64,000 nt of DNA from Azolla caroliniana (Eukaryota; Plantae; Polypodiophyta). Under the pieces are notes generated by a model. That model had not been told where the DNA came from. It searched no databases and saw nothing but the letters and a program-made list of their open reading frames with translations. Within the stretch, counting starts at the first letter, position 1; every line of letters starts with the position of its first letter. Location: positions 2,914,001 through 2,978,000 of the forward strand of contig JBHGNT010000006.1 in the NCBI GenBank assembly GCA_043228905.1, written 5' to 3'. The position numbers and the translations under genes were made by a program. Below, piece after piece: positions 26,191 through 39,045 of the stretch.

Positions 26191-28549
26191 TAATCATAAG
26201 ATTAAAAAGAAACATTTTTACAAAGTATATGTGGAATTGAGTGGTGACTCTCAATGTTCAACCAATAATTGTTGCAATTGAGAGTGCACATTACGATTAT
26301 GATATGAATGTGTAGCAAGTGAATCAAATTGACAATGTGTGGAAAGCAAACTTGAATATGATTGAATGCAACACATTGTATCAAAGTGCGATAGTTTGAA
26401 CTCTAGAACTTGTTGAAGGTACAATGTTCAAGTCAATGAATCTCTTCGCATATTCCTTGGCTCCTCAACTCACATCAAAGAGAATTTGAGCTAAGTTGTA
26501 TGGAAGCAATGGTGCCAATGGCAAAGAAAGGGATGGGCTCTATCACGTATTAAATTTTTTTTTTCAGAATGAATGAATAAATTAATCATTGATAACAATT
26601 ATTAGCTTCCATGTTTTGAGTAAATAAATCATTAATAGCAATATATTAGTTTCCAAAATTTGACTTATATGTAATAAATATATCATCATCAAAATAAAGC
26701 ATAACAATATATTTTACAACCTTCAACAATGATTTCTTCATTTCATTTTACCTTAAAATTTTATGTCCTTCATCAATGTAAAACCCTAACGTATGTGTTG
26801 AGTGCCTCTTTAACCACCACTCCATAAAGTTTGGCGAGTGTGTGACAATTATGATAGTCTAATCTTTCCTAGTAGGAGGGGTTTCTTGGCTTTTGGAAAG
26901 GCATAATTATGTGCAATGTGAGTATTAAGTGATTTCATGGATAACTTGCATTATTTTAAGTGCCGAAGAGTTTGGTCACATGGTGGATATTATGGTTTTG
27001 GTGTGTTATTAGTAAGGTTTATGCAAAGATAAATGTGATTGACATCAATTGAACAAAGTGGAATGGTTGCATTTTTTATGGTTTGGTGGCCTTTGTTGCA
27101 TGCACATATGATCTCTAGCCTACAATGTTTTGTATGGTCAATTTACATCTTCATCGAGTCATCAGTAGATGGAGCTGCTTTTTCATTGCCATATTCAAGC
27201 TCAATACAAGACATCTTTCTTTTTCAAATGGCGGATTATGGTGCTTCAAGAATACCCATGAGTCTCATATATTGAGTTGTCTTACATGCCAGTCTTTGAT
27301 TTGAATGTGTTGCATCATTTTCTTAGTTAAGTTCAATTCTTTTTTGTTGCATCATTTTCTTAGTTAAGTTCCACCTATCCAAAAGCAATTGCTTCAATTT
27401 GTATTTTGGTGTTCACAAGAAACTAAACATGTCTATAGGAGAGAGCCAATCATATGCAATGATCTAACATATGTATTAAAATCTATTAAAATGATCAACT
27501 GGTTATATGACATTCATTCATACAAAAACACATTCTAACTCACTTTTGGAGCAAAAAGATTGGTCCTTCAAATATGATAAATTCTAATAAAAAATTAAAC
27601 AAATTTGGCTCCAATTTTTTTTTAAAAGCCAACAATTGCACCAATGTCAATGCATAATGAACATTCTAAGGTAATAATGCTTATACATAAAAAATGGTAT
27701 ATATGGGAGATATTGCTTAAAAGTAAATATGCTGATTGGGATTCAAAGCATGGCACATTTAGGTTACAAATCAGCCATATTGTGATCTTCCAATGATTGA
27801 AAGGACATACTCTTAAAGATAACATCTTAATGGCAACACTTCTACCCAGCCTATTTAAATTATAATATTTCCAATCAGAAGATACTAAGTTCCTCATAAA
27901 TGCCTTCTGCAATATGTAAACAAAACCAAGCCTCCTTGAGCATTCAAATTTTGAATGCCACATCATTAATGGAGACATATTATATGATCAGTGGAAGGAT
28001 TAGTGAATATACTTGAGTGGATTAGTGAGGATACAAGTATACTACTCCTTGTCCAAAACTATGTTTGAATTTGACAGAGACATCCAAGTAGATGAGACGA
28101 TAACCAAGCGGATGATATTGTTCCATGGCACCAAGATTCTTAAAATCTTGAGGATAAGTGTTAACCCTCTGCCGTTTGATATGTGTTAATCCTTTGCACC
28201 AACATTTGTCAATTTGGACGTTAATCCTCCAAGCCTCGTCTTGTTGTTTTTCATTTCTCTAGAAATTATGGGTAATGTAAATCTATTATGAATTAAGATT
28301 TTTATATTTACTCAAAAAGACACAAATGGTTAGCTTTAGTATTCATTGACAATTAGATTAAGTGCATGTGAAAACACTAACATCATATACATGTATATGA
28401 GTAAGCTTTGGTACGATGGATAAATGCAAACTTGTAGTGATGCCTGAACAAGATTATTCTTACTATACGTTTAATATGAGTGGTTTTCATAGATAACGAA
28501 AAATTTCAAAACAGTTAGATCACACATACGATACTCCAAAGAGTAAATA

Positions 28550-28927
28550 GGACATAGATCGTTGATTAACACTTGTGTAGGCCCAAGAACTTGACGTTTC
28601 TTAATGCACAAGGAGATGTAACCATAGTACGTAAAATTCGTGTTCGTCTGGCATAACATTCGTTTTCCTACGTTGGACATAGATCGTTGATTAACACTTG
28701 TGTAGCCCCAAGAACTTGACGTTTCTTAATGCACAAGGAGATGTAACCATAGTACGTAAAATTCGTGTTCGTCTGGCATAACATTCGTTTTCCTACGTTG
28801 GACATAGATCGTTGATTAACACTTGTGTAGGCCCAAGAACTTGATGTTTCTTAATGCACAAGGAGATGTAACCATAGTACGTAAAATTCGTGTTCGTCTG
28901 GCATAACATTCGTTTTCCTACGTTGGA
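28550..28927 (+). repeat. 125-bp tandem repeat x3
   Basis: GACATAGATCGTTGATTAAC recurs at 28551, 28676 and 28801; the units are nearly identical. Confidence 0.95.
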
Positions 28928-29111
28928 AAACGAATGTGAATGTTATTCAAACATGTTTGTGTTTTTTGTTTTGTTTTTTTCCTTTTTTTAGGTTTATTTA
29001 CCTCATAATAAATAGTTAATCCAAAAGTATGGTATTTACCATTCTTCGAGGGTGTTTATCATACTCGAATGATTGAAACATTTGTGTATGGTGCGTATGG
29101 TTCATACTATG
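28623..29111. mobile_element. CATAG-family MITE whose left junction is triplicated
   Basis: Reverse complement of 20490-20743. Degenerate 8-bp TSD GATGTAAC/AACGTAAC. Empty site in block A at ~8052. Confidence 0.72.
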
Positions 29112-30344
29112 AACGTAACAATATAATGTTTTCGAAAAGAGGAAAGGACCTAAGGACCTATGATAAGGTCAATAAATATTAAGTTGTAGTGGTAAACAAG
29201 TTTTTGCCAAGTGCGCGTTAGTTCTTGCCAAGTAACAAAAACCAAGTCCTCTAAATGTAAATCCCTAAATATTTCCTAACTAATCTAATATTATCTCCCT
29301 AATTATCTACATGTTTATAATGTACTTGATTTTTAATATTGTTTTCATTCAAGATAGTTCTTATAATGAGGAACTAATACCCCCTTCCCTCTTGCTTATT
29401 CTAGTTGACAATATTGCAACATTCAAGTGTCACCCTTGCTCTAAAAGCCAGTTAAAACTCATTATCAAAGAACAATTTCTTTTTAGGACCGAATATCAAC
29501 ATCGACAAGGCAACATGTTGATCATCAAATTGACCAACTTGGTTCCTTCCAATGTCCCCATACATTTTGGCAAAAGAAAATTACCAATACCAACCTATCG
29601 GTGGATTTCTATGTCCCTTCTATCAATTGTGCTCATAATTTTTGACTAGATCAACGCTTGGTAGAGGTGCCCAACACTTGCTTGCTTTGGGTGGATGGTC
29701 TTCAACATATGTTGCACATTGCCACACGAGAGGGAATGGACATACATATCTCAATATGAGTTCTAGACAATTGACATAGGCAGTGAAGACAACACATACA
29801 AAATGTGTAGATGGGAGAACTTTTAATGAAACCTTATAGCTCGTTTATAATTAACAAGAAGGCTAAGGGTGCTCTAACAATCAATGCAAAGATCGGGAAA
29901 GGAGTGAGACAAAGTCCTACATGTTCAAATCAAAACTTGCACCATCTTAAATTTGTCTATGCAATGACATTATGTCACATATAGTATTGGTCTTCTTCAT
30001 ACCAACTATATTGTCTAATCATTATAATGTCATTGTGTGGGGTATTTTCATATTCAATCACAATCCAACATAACCACCCTCTTGTCAAACTTTCCACCCC
30101 CAAAAAGCAAGTATCAATAATGTAAAGGCCTTTATAACAAAGTTTATCATTCCAAAGTCCAAAAACATTACTTTGCGGTTGGATACTTTTTTTGTTTGGT
30201 TTATTACTATGAGTATTCTAATTATTCTTAGATATTGACGCGTTGTCAAATAAGACATTGTGTTACATTGACATTGTGTTACTTGATAAAATATTGTATG
30301 TCCATGTTGTTATAATGTATGCTTGGTATTCACTTGGTTTTTCT

Positions 30345-31074
30345 TCTTTTTTTTTCCAAAAAAAACTCCTTCCATTAGTTATAAAATTTTACAAATGAGA
30401 CGATTATGTACAAATCCCTAAAGGGACGCGATAGTTCCATCTAATGTGGAAGCCCACTGACTCAAGAAAGGGAGAGGACGACCATTGTTGGATGAAGGCT
30501 ATGCGTTGTCTTTCAACTCCCTCGGAGCCACCTTTAAGGCCATCATATTGGCTCTTCAAAGTGGCTACAATTTCACTCCATATCTCTTGCAGTAACCTTG
30601 TTGGATGGGTGGTTTAGTTGGAGAAGACTCGCCTACATTGTTGTTTCCATAGAATCCAAAGGGTTATTGGGCTGACCAATTCCAACACCTCTTGAGATTT
30701 GTCATTAAGAGGAAAATAGTGGACATTGCCGCTGGAGGAGAAAAGAACCTCTTGTGCTTTTATCACCAAAGTCATCCCCTCCTCCTGATGCTCGTATCGG
30801 CCAATTGTAGCCTGCCATGATAGCCAACATATATTTCCCCACTTGATTGAACCTTGCACCTGTCATAATTGCAACAAGCGGCCAACCCCCCGCCATATTC
30901 TATGGGACGTTGGGCAGTCCCACAGGGCGTGTCGTATGGATTCTACTGCATGTGGGCACTCTACACAATTAGGAGAGCTAAGGTTCCCACGTTGTCATGC
31001 TCCCACCGGTAGGGACTTATGTATTAACAACCATTGGAAAGTGGTAATTCGCCTCACGTGTTGTTGCTTCCAGA
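30345..31074 (-). mobile_element. 5'-truncated LINE fragment
   Basis: zf-RVT remnant, LWILWKQQCRRVF, RWNY and the shared 3' motif with A-tail. TTTTCTT flanks both sides. Absent from block A (~10940). Confidence 0.8.
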
Positions 31075-31364
31075 TTTTCTTATTTGTCATGTTCTTCGTT
31101 TCAATAAATAAGGTGGTCATAACTCAATATGTTTGCCATCTTGCAAGCAAGTTCATAAGGTGAACTTAATGAAAGTCATTTTCTTGACTAGACCATTTTT
31201 AAATGATATTATCATCTTTCTTCATGAATGCCACATTGAAGGTATTTGAAAACATTTTCTACAATGATAAGTGTGCCATATAAAGGAGGAAGCTACCAAT
31301 CTTGAACATAAAGTGGAGTATAATATGTATGTACAATGGATGATTAACAAAGAATGGTGTTTTT

Positions 31365-31424
<60 letters not shown>

Positions 31425-33208
31425 CAAGGCACAGATTCCTTATATTCACAAATGTTAAAGCCATTTAGGTCGTTATGGTGCAAATCTCAGAATCTGGCCA
31501 TTGTTACATGGGAAAATATTTGTCCCATTGAAACCAATGGGTTTTCAAATACCTTTTACCATCACCATTGTATAACAAATGTTTGAGTACCTTACTTGGG
31601 GGGTCAATTCTACAATTCGGAGTGTGAGAGATGGTTTCTTGTTTTATAGTCCTACATGAAATACCATCATACGTACACAATGAAAATTGATTGGAGAAAT
31701 CTCACAAGGGAGGTTTGCAAGTACCTTATCCTTAGAGGAGTCACCTTTATATAAGCTACTCTTACAATACCCTTGTCATAAGATTGTCACAATTATAGAG
31801 AGAACAAAGTTTTTTGACATTGTCATGTTTCAATGTATACACCTCTTTCATGAAAAAAATGTACGAATGAATTTTAATATTCCTCTCACAATAGTTATGT
31901 CGCTTGAAAGGAATATTAATTCCACCGTTCTCATAACTGCATTGCACAAGGGCCTTGGCCTAAGAAGAGTTACCTCTTACAATTTCTCTTACACCACCAC
32001 CTTCGAGGGTGACAAGATCTCTTGGCCACCCTAGAATATCGAATGCATAATCAATTTTCTGCTAAAACTAGAATATACAATGCATAACTTTTTGGCCACC
32101 ACTAGAATATCAGTGCATAAGAGAGAAAGAGATGTCACATAGTTGGGGATGACATGTAAATTGCAACAAGTCGTTGCTACTAGCTTGAACATACGACACG
32201 TCATCTATGCTTGGCTGCACCTAGATTATAGAATGTGTATCTTGGCTACCACTAGAATATGGATACATAATTCAATCTATTTTTGTTAAGGTAACATCAC
32301 ATTCACAACCACAAGATCCAAGTTCTTGTAAACAAAAGCAAGTGAACCATTGAATTGTCACTACTATGATAATGAAACATTGGCTTTTAATAAGTCGCTT
32401 TTCAAACTACCAAATAGAACTTCCCCAGCCCCCCTCTTTCCCTTGTATAGGATGATTGGTGATTTTCTGGTAGGGAAACCCCAAACTACAAAAGGTTGCC
32501 TATTTGCTTCACAAATAAAATAAAATAAAAATCTAAGGTCTAAATGATCTTAAGTTTAACTAAGATCTTTGATTCCACAACATACACACGATTATGTGTT
32601 GAACCAACCACATCCTGAATACGACCAACTCAAGTCTTTAATCATTCATCAAATTTTGGACATCACTATGAAATGTTCAAATTAAGATCCAAATTTTTTT
32701 AAAGCGCTTTTGATTTAAGATGGTAAACACCTCTATATCCATCGTCAATGAAGATATATGTTTGATATTTGAATCTTGATTAAAGACTAATTTGTGAATA
32801 AATAGACAATGATCAAATTGATAATGCTATTATTATTTCTTACCATATTCAAATAAATTGCCATAAATCTTTTGTCAACAAAAATACATGGAAAAGGTGA
32901 TGTTGTAAAACATTTGTGAAAAGATTTTAGCCAAAGGAAAAAGAATATTCATCTCAATTGATGTAGGTTTCATGGGAGACAAAAGGAGAGAGACCTATAT
33001 ATTCATTCATTTATCATGGAAATGTCACATTGCATAAAGATTGTAGCAAACCCTTTTTAAGTTGACAAGGAAAGATTAGGTCGAGTGTCAACACCTTTTA
33101 TTTTGTGTATGTTGGCAAGTATAGAATATTAAATCGAGCTTTAACAACATTAACCTTAACCTTGTACTACTCTAAGCTTCATTTATCCTTGATGTAATCT
33201 CGAAATCA

Positions 33209-36101
33209 TTAGCATGGAGGAAGGTCTGCTGGTGGAGGTGGTAGAGTCTGGCTCGCTCCTTTACCATTCTTTACAATGAAAGCCATTGACATGCCCCACA
33301 CCGAATGAATATCAAAATGGCAATGCATGAACCACACACCTACACATTTGTAACACATTGTAAAGTGGTCAAATGCATCAAATCACAAGCACAACAATAT
33401 TAGATCTAATCATATTATGTCATTTATGTTTTAAATATTCATACACTAGTAGTTGACAATTAGTGACTTAATGATTTCCGCCTAATTTGTTTCCCATTTA
33501 CCAAAATACCCTTATGTTTTAAAAAATTGCCAAAATACCTCTATTGTAGTGCTGAATGTACTAACTTTTCCAATTTCTCTTAGAACATAGTAAAGGTGCT
33601 TTAGAAAATATCCTAAAATATCAAGGGGTTTGTTGGTGTTTGTTTGACACCAAGGTAGGTATTTACCTGGGTTGGTTGTGTGGAAACGGACGACCGCCCA
33701 TCCCCCATATGGCACTGCTACCGTGTTTCTTGAGGGTGGGTCTTGCAAATTGAAAGTCGAGGGGTCGGTGTTAGGATCATATGTCCCGGTGCCCGTTCCC
33801 ACAATATAGAAATTTTGACCGTGCAGGTGGATCGGGTGGCTCTCCAACAATGTGGTCGACGTGTCTTGGAACACAATTTGCACATTTGACCCGAACTCGA
33901 GCACCTTAACTTTGGTGGCGTAAACGGATTGACTATTGTTCGGGCTAGTTCCGGTGTAGTTGTACACGAAGAGAGGGTCCGAGGGGAAATCGGTATCATA
34001 GACCCCATTGATGTTGTTGTAGTAGGCTTGGAGGAGCGAGACGGTGGGGTCCTTGAATGTGATGTTGTTGACCGAGGCGGCGATTCGGATCCCGGCAAAG
34101 TTTTGGAATGAGCACGTGGAGCAAGGTTGTGTGGCATAGCTAATGGTGAAGAAGAGATCCTCGTCCACGGTTTGCGGGACTTGGTAGTAATAGAAGCCCC
34201 GGGAGAAGGGTTGTCCACGGAGGGACTTGGTGAATTCGGACACGTACGAGGTGTCATTGAAGTTGGGGGGTGTGGGCATTGCAAGGGAAGATGAGAGAGT
34301 GGTGCTCGCGCCCGAGTAACGGAGGACAGCGGTGGCCGAGATCATCGGAAATGGGACAAGTGTTGTGTTTGCCGGAGAGAAGACGGACACCGCTATGAAG
34401 TATTGCCCTACTTCCTGGTTGGCTGTCAGGAGCACATTGGTCGTCTGGCCTGGTGCCAACACGACCGTCTGGGTTACATAGGGTTGCGCGTATTCGGCAT
34501 CGAGTTCCACCACGGTGAGGTCGTGGTTGGCCACTCCCACAAACATCTGGAAGTTCACGGCCGCGTTGATTATGCGCACCAAGTATGTCTCCCCGGCCGT
34601 CACGTTGAAGACCGGCGTGTCTGCGGCCATAACAGGGAAGGTGCCAGGATTAATCACATCGCCATCAAAATGCGGGCTCGCCTTACTCACAAGCCATGAT
34701 GATGTCTAATTGCATGTTGTACTCAAGGAAATGATCAGAACTCATTAGTCTCTAGCTGCTTTTATATTTATGTAGTGTGTGTAGTGTATGTATGTAGTGT
34801 GTGTGTGTGTGTGTGTGTGTGTGTAGTCTAGTGTATGTAGAGTGTGGTCTGTGTGTTTGTAGTGTAGTGTAGTGTATGTATGTATGTAGTGTAGTGTATG
34901 TATGTATGTAGTGTAGTATATGTAGTGTATGTATGTAGTGTAGTATATGTAATGTGTGTATGTTAATGCAGTGTATGTATGTAGTGTATATATGTACCAT
35001 CGATGGAGCAGTTGTATAGAGCACCCGGTTGCCCGTTGATCGTGATGGCATCAGACACGGTGTACCCCCCGCCCTCGGCCAACGCCTGTGCGATCACGTC
35101 TTCCACATTGGTGTTCCACCATTCCCCTAGGAGTGAAAAAAAATTAGGTTAGGGTGAATGTATGATTAGCACCTCCCAGTAGAGGATCAACAACATGAAA
35201 AGGTACATTGAAATTTCCATAGTATTTTTTTATACCTATGAGGAGCGGGATCTCTTCGACGGGAGAGCCGAAGGGGTAGGGCACATTGACCTTGGGACGG
35301 ATGATGAAGGCGCCGTGCACCGTGGCACGCAACCAGCTGATGTGTGCGTGGTAGAAGAGCGTACCACGTTGGTCGACTATACGGAACTTGTGGACGTACG
35401 AATTGCCGGGCTGGATGGGGCATTGAGTAATGTATGCCGGCCCATCCGCCCATGCCGACAACAATTGCCGGACACCATGCCTACAAAGAAAAAAACAAGA
35501 TAAGACCATCTTGGATCGACACACACACACACACACACACACACGAGAACCAGTATATGCAAAAATCTTAGTTTCATAAGATCAAAATGCACAAAAGTTT
35601 CATAAAGATCGAAATGTGGATCGAAATCCCAAACCCTTTAATCAAATCATTGCAAAAAAGCAATAATAACCAAGATTTGTGTATATGATTCATTGCAAAA
35701 CTAATTTTTTATACCAGTGAATGGTGACATTGTAATTGACAAGGTTTGTAACCTTGACGATGACCGTGTCACCTTCGCGGACATAGACTGTCGGCCCCGG
35801 GAACTGCCCATTGATGGACACCAACGATTTGATGTGGCAAAGGCGGGTCACATTCGCATACTCCACCTGCTCGATCCGTTCCATAAAGCATCAATGATTA
35901 ATGGCTGATGATGATTCGTTAGCTAATGAAGAGATTAAAGGCAGAGGGACGCCTACTTACTTTCCAATCCAGATTTACAGTCTCCGATCGAGCGAAGGAT
36001 GCACCATGACAGAATAGAACGAAGGGTAGAACAAGGTGAAGGAGGGAGGAGATTAAGGGGTGATTAGTCCTAATGCGGGCATCATGAATGAGCTTTGCCA
36101 T
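33209..36101 (-). CDS. LAC: Laccase (multicopper oxidase), copy B; exons 35961-36101, 35715-35866, 35236-35480, 34998-35126, 33667-34620, 33209-33339
   Basis: Motifs HW|[32 protein letters not shown]. Same exon architecture as copy A. Spliced CDS is 1752 nt and in frame. Confidence 0.95.
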
Positions 36102-38119
36102 GCTAATCACTTCCCTAATCACACTTAATTAGATCTCCTAATTGATTCTTCTTGGTCCCTCGTTATAAGGTTCGAGGGGTTTATAAGGTTCTTTTCCTCC
36201 TTCATTTTGGACTGGACCCTTTACTTGTCATTGATTTTTTCTTTGGACGGTTTCACACTCTGGCCACCCCAATGGTTTTCCGTCACATCCACCTTACAAC
36301 ACACACACACACTACAATGTGAAACTTGATAACCATGTACATTAATGGGCTAATGTTAAGGGAAATAATATCATATGCTTTAGTTATAACGAGGTGCATT
36401 CGTGACCGATTCGATTGTTTTGTTGTGAGTGAAACGATTTCCGATGAACCTTTCCAACATTTATACCAAGGATGACAAAGATTCTAGGTTGAACCCAAAT
36501 GTTGGTCTAGCGTCCCTTACTTTGCTCTCAATGAAAGAAGACAGAATGAATGTGGCTTGGAGATGCATGTTTGACTAATTCCATTGTTTTGTGTGAACCA
36601 ATGTTTGTTGTTGAACCTACATACACCACCAAGGCTAATAGGAAAGATTTTACTCATTATCTTTGAATCAATGCCCAATGTTCCCTTTATATATTGTAAA
36701 ATGACTGAACAGGTTCTATTGATTGTAGATCCACAAATTTGAATCACCATAGAATGGTTTAGCTTGGCAAGCACTTCTTTAGTAATGGTCAACTTCCAAC
36801 ACCCCTACTACCTTCACCACATTAGCAATATGACACTTATTGATTGGAGTAAATCAATACAATCAATTTGGACATTGGATATGAAATTTATGTGTTTAGA
36901 GGATTTCTTACTCTTGAGGAGATATTTTCATATCGTGATGTAGTGTTAATATTTCTCTTATTCACCCTCCTAGATTATAGCCTTCATTAATTCGTTACAA
37001 TTCCTCATTGTGTTTGCATGTCCATCAATTTTCTTAAAATGTTTTCATCATGAATTGTCCTCAAGTAAACACACCGACTTTTTTCAATCTATATCAATCA
37101 CATGGATTATGCCTTCATTTAATGTGTGATAACCTAGTATGAACTTGGTCCTACATACACTATTGCCTTTATGTTTCCATCTGGGACAGTAGTCAATTAT
37201 AAATTCACACAACCTAGAAAAGGGCATTCTTCAAGTAGACGTTTTAGAGGACTGTTAACCAAATGTTTCTTTATCTAGGACTTCTATCATAACGTTTGGG
37301 ATGAAATGTACCCCACCAATATGACATCATTCCCATTTCCAACAATGTGACAATCCTTAATGCAATTGTCATGAACCTACCATTGTGGACTAAAGGTAAC
37401 ATCACTACCATTGCAAATCATAGCATTGTATCGAGTTTCAATCCGAAAATTACATATATAAAGGCTTAATGGTTCATTAAACTTGTTTACATCACTTATA
37501 TAGAGCACATGCTAAATGAGTTGCATGCAAACATGGTTTGGTACTTATCACTCATTCTTATGAAAATAATAGTAAAGTTTAGACAATAATTTATAACAAT
37601 TAAGGCTTTAAAATCTTCAACATTGTACAGTAAAGGAAAATAGAAAGAACTTGAATAATGTTGCTGAAATAGTAGGTTACATGTAAAGTGGGAAGCATAA
37701 AGCCATTGAAGATTGTGAGTGTTTGAAAACTACTTCAATAAAAACAAGGACATCAATCACACTTTGTGCAATATAGCAAGCATCTATATACATAATATTG
37801 TAACATCTTAGCCATATGATTCATAGATCACATCTCTCCTCAATTTCAGTGTAAAACTATGTATGTTAAAATGTATAGGATATGGATCAACCTATAAATT
37901 ATAGAGCTTGTAATCCTCAGCTAGAACATAATATATTTAAAACCGACATTGATTCTAACATTGCATTGAAACTAGACAACTATCATTAGCAATATATTGC
38001 ACCTTCTACATGCTCCTTTATCGACACGTCAAATATCACATGCATGTAGTAAATTTCAGTCAAATATCACATACATGTTTTCTCAATAAGGGCACTTGTC
38101 ATAAGACAAGCAAGAAGTC

Positions 38120-38293
38120 TTTTTGAATGGTTTAGTTTAAGTTCGAAATATGCTTGAAACGTAGAAACTGTGCAGAAAACATTTAGCACAATTATGTTTT
38201 CAAATATCATCTCATGGAATGCACTCAAAAGAGGCTATAGAGACTATGGATATGCCGAGGAGGTGTTGTATTAGTTTTGAACAGATGCAAGAC
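38120..38293 (+). pseudogene. Pentatricopeptide-repeat (PPR) gene fragment
   Basis: Translates VQKTFSTIMFSNIISWNALKRGYRDYGYAEEVLY*/FEQMQ, matching the PLS-class PPR consensus (VVSWNALIAGY..HG..EEAL..FEQMQ). Contains a stop and a frameshift. Confidence 0.7.
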
Positions 38294-39045
38294 AATATAT
38301 GTATATTGTTTCCTTTAATTTTAATACCAATGGAGAATTTTTTTTTATGGAAAAAAAAACAAGTTAAATGTTTTCTTAGCTTTGCAATAAAAATCTAAAT
38401 CAAATTTTCATTTGTACATTAAGATCAGTATTAATTATTATCAAATAGGGCATATAAATAGTTCTCCTTCGTATTGAATTTCGACCAATGCATTGAACAT
38501 AGTGTCATGGATCAATGTGCCTAGATGAATTAAACAATAATATCATTAACAAAAAACAAGCCAATTAAGGCCTTTATTTGTTGTTGATATAGAGTACGTG
38601 TAACATTCTAAACTTGTCAATGAAGGGTTTTAATTATGAAATCCCGCGCAAAGGAAACCCTAGTGAGGTCAAATAATTTAATCGTTACAATTTCAAGTTT
38701 ATAATCTTAGCGAAATGTTAAGTAACTAAACAGTTTATTGACATAGTAAGAACTTATCACAATATCTTGTCTCATTGCTTGAATCTAAGGTTTTTTCCCC
38801 TTCCAATGGAGGAATATGAACTAAAAGTGGCTCTTTGAGATTAACTCTAATCAATGGCATTAGTTTTCTCTACCCACATGGTGACACTTTTGGGACCATT
38901 TTAGACCATTAAACCTATACATCTATCTTCTATTTTACTTCCAACTTGTTAAGGGTGTGTTCCATATTTATACTAGCCATATTTTGCATAGTGGCAAATG
39001 TAAGACCTCACTTAGTTTCCAATAATGTTAAGACAATAAAATGGA

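Larger units (their letters stand above)
7547..28161 (+). repeat. Tandem segmental duplication, block A (contains laccase A)
   Basis: Colinear matches to block B, e.g. 7547~28202, 9770~29310, 13100~31420, laccase exons, 19640~36390, 22510~37575, 24620~44450, 27100-28161~46000-47234. Confidence 0.9.

Noticed and set aside
28550-28927. CRISPR-like or satellite array
   Set aside because: Whole-unit tandem repeat with no unique spacers, in eukaryotic DNA with no cas genes.
34621-34690. In-frame coding extension of laccase B exon 5 (SKASPHFDG...)
   Set aside because: The paralogous stretch in A is frameshifted by 1 nt, and the CAG at 34621-34623 gives the canonical junction, so it is intronic.
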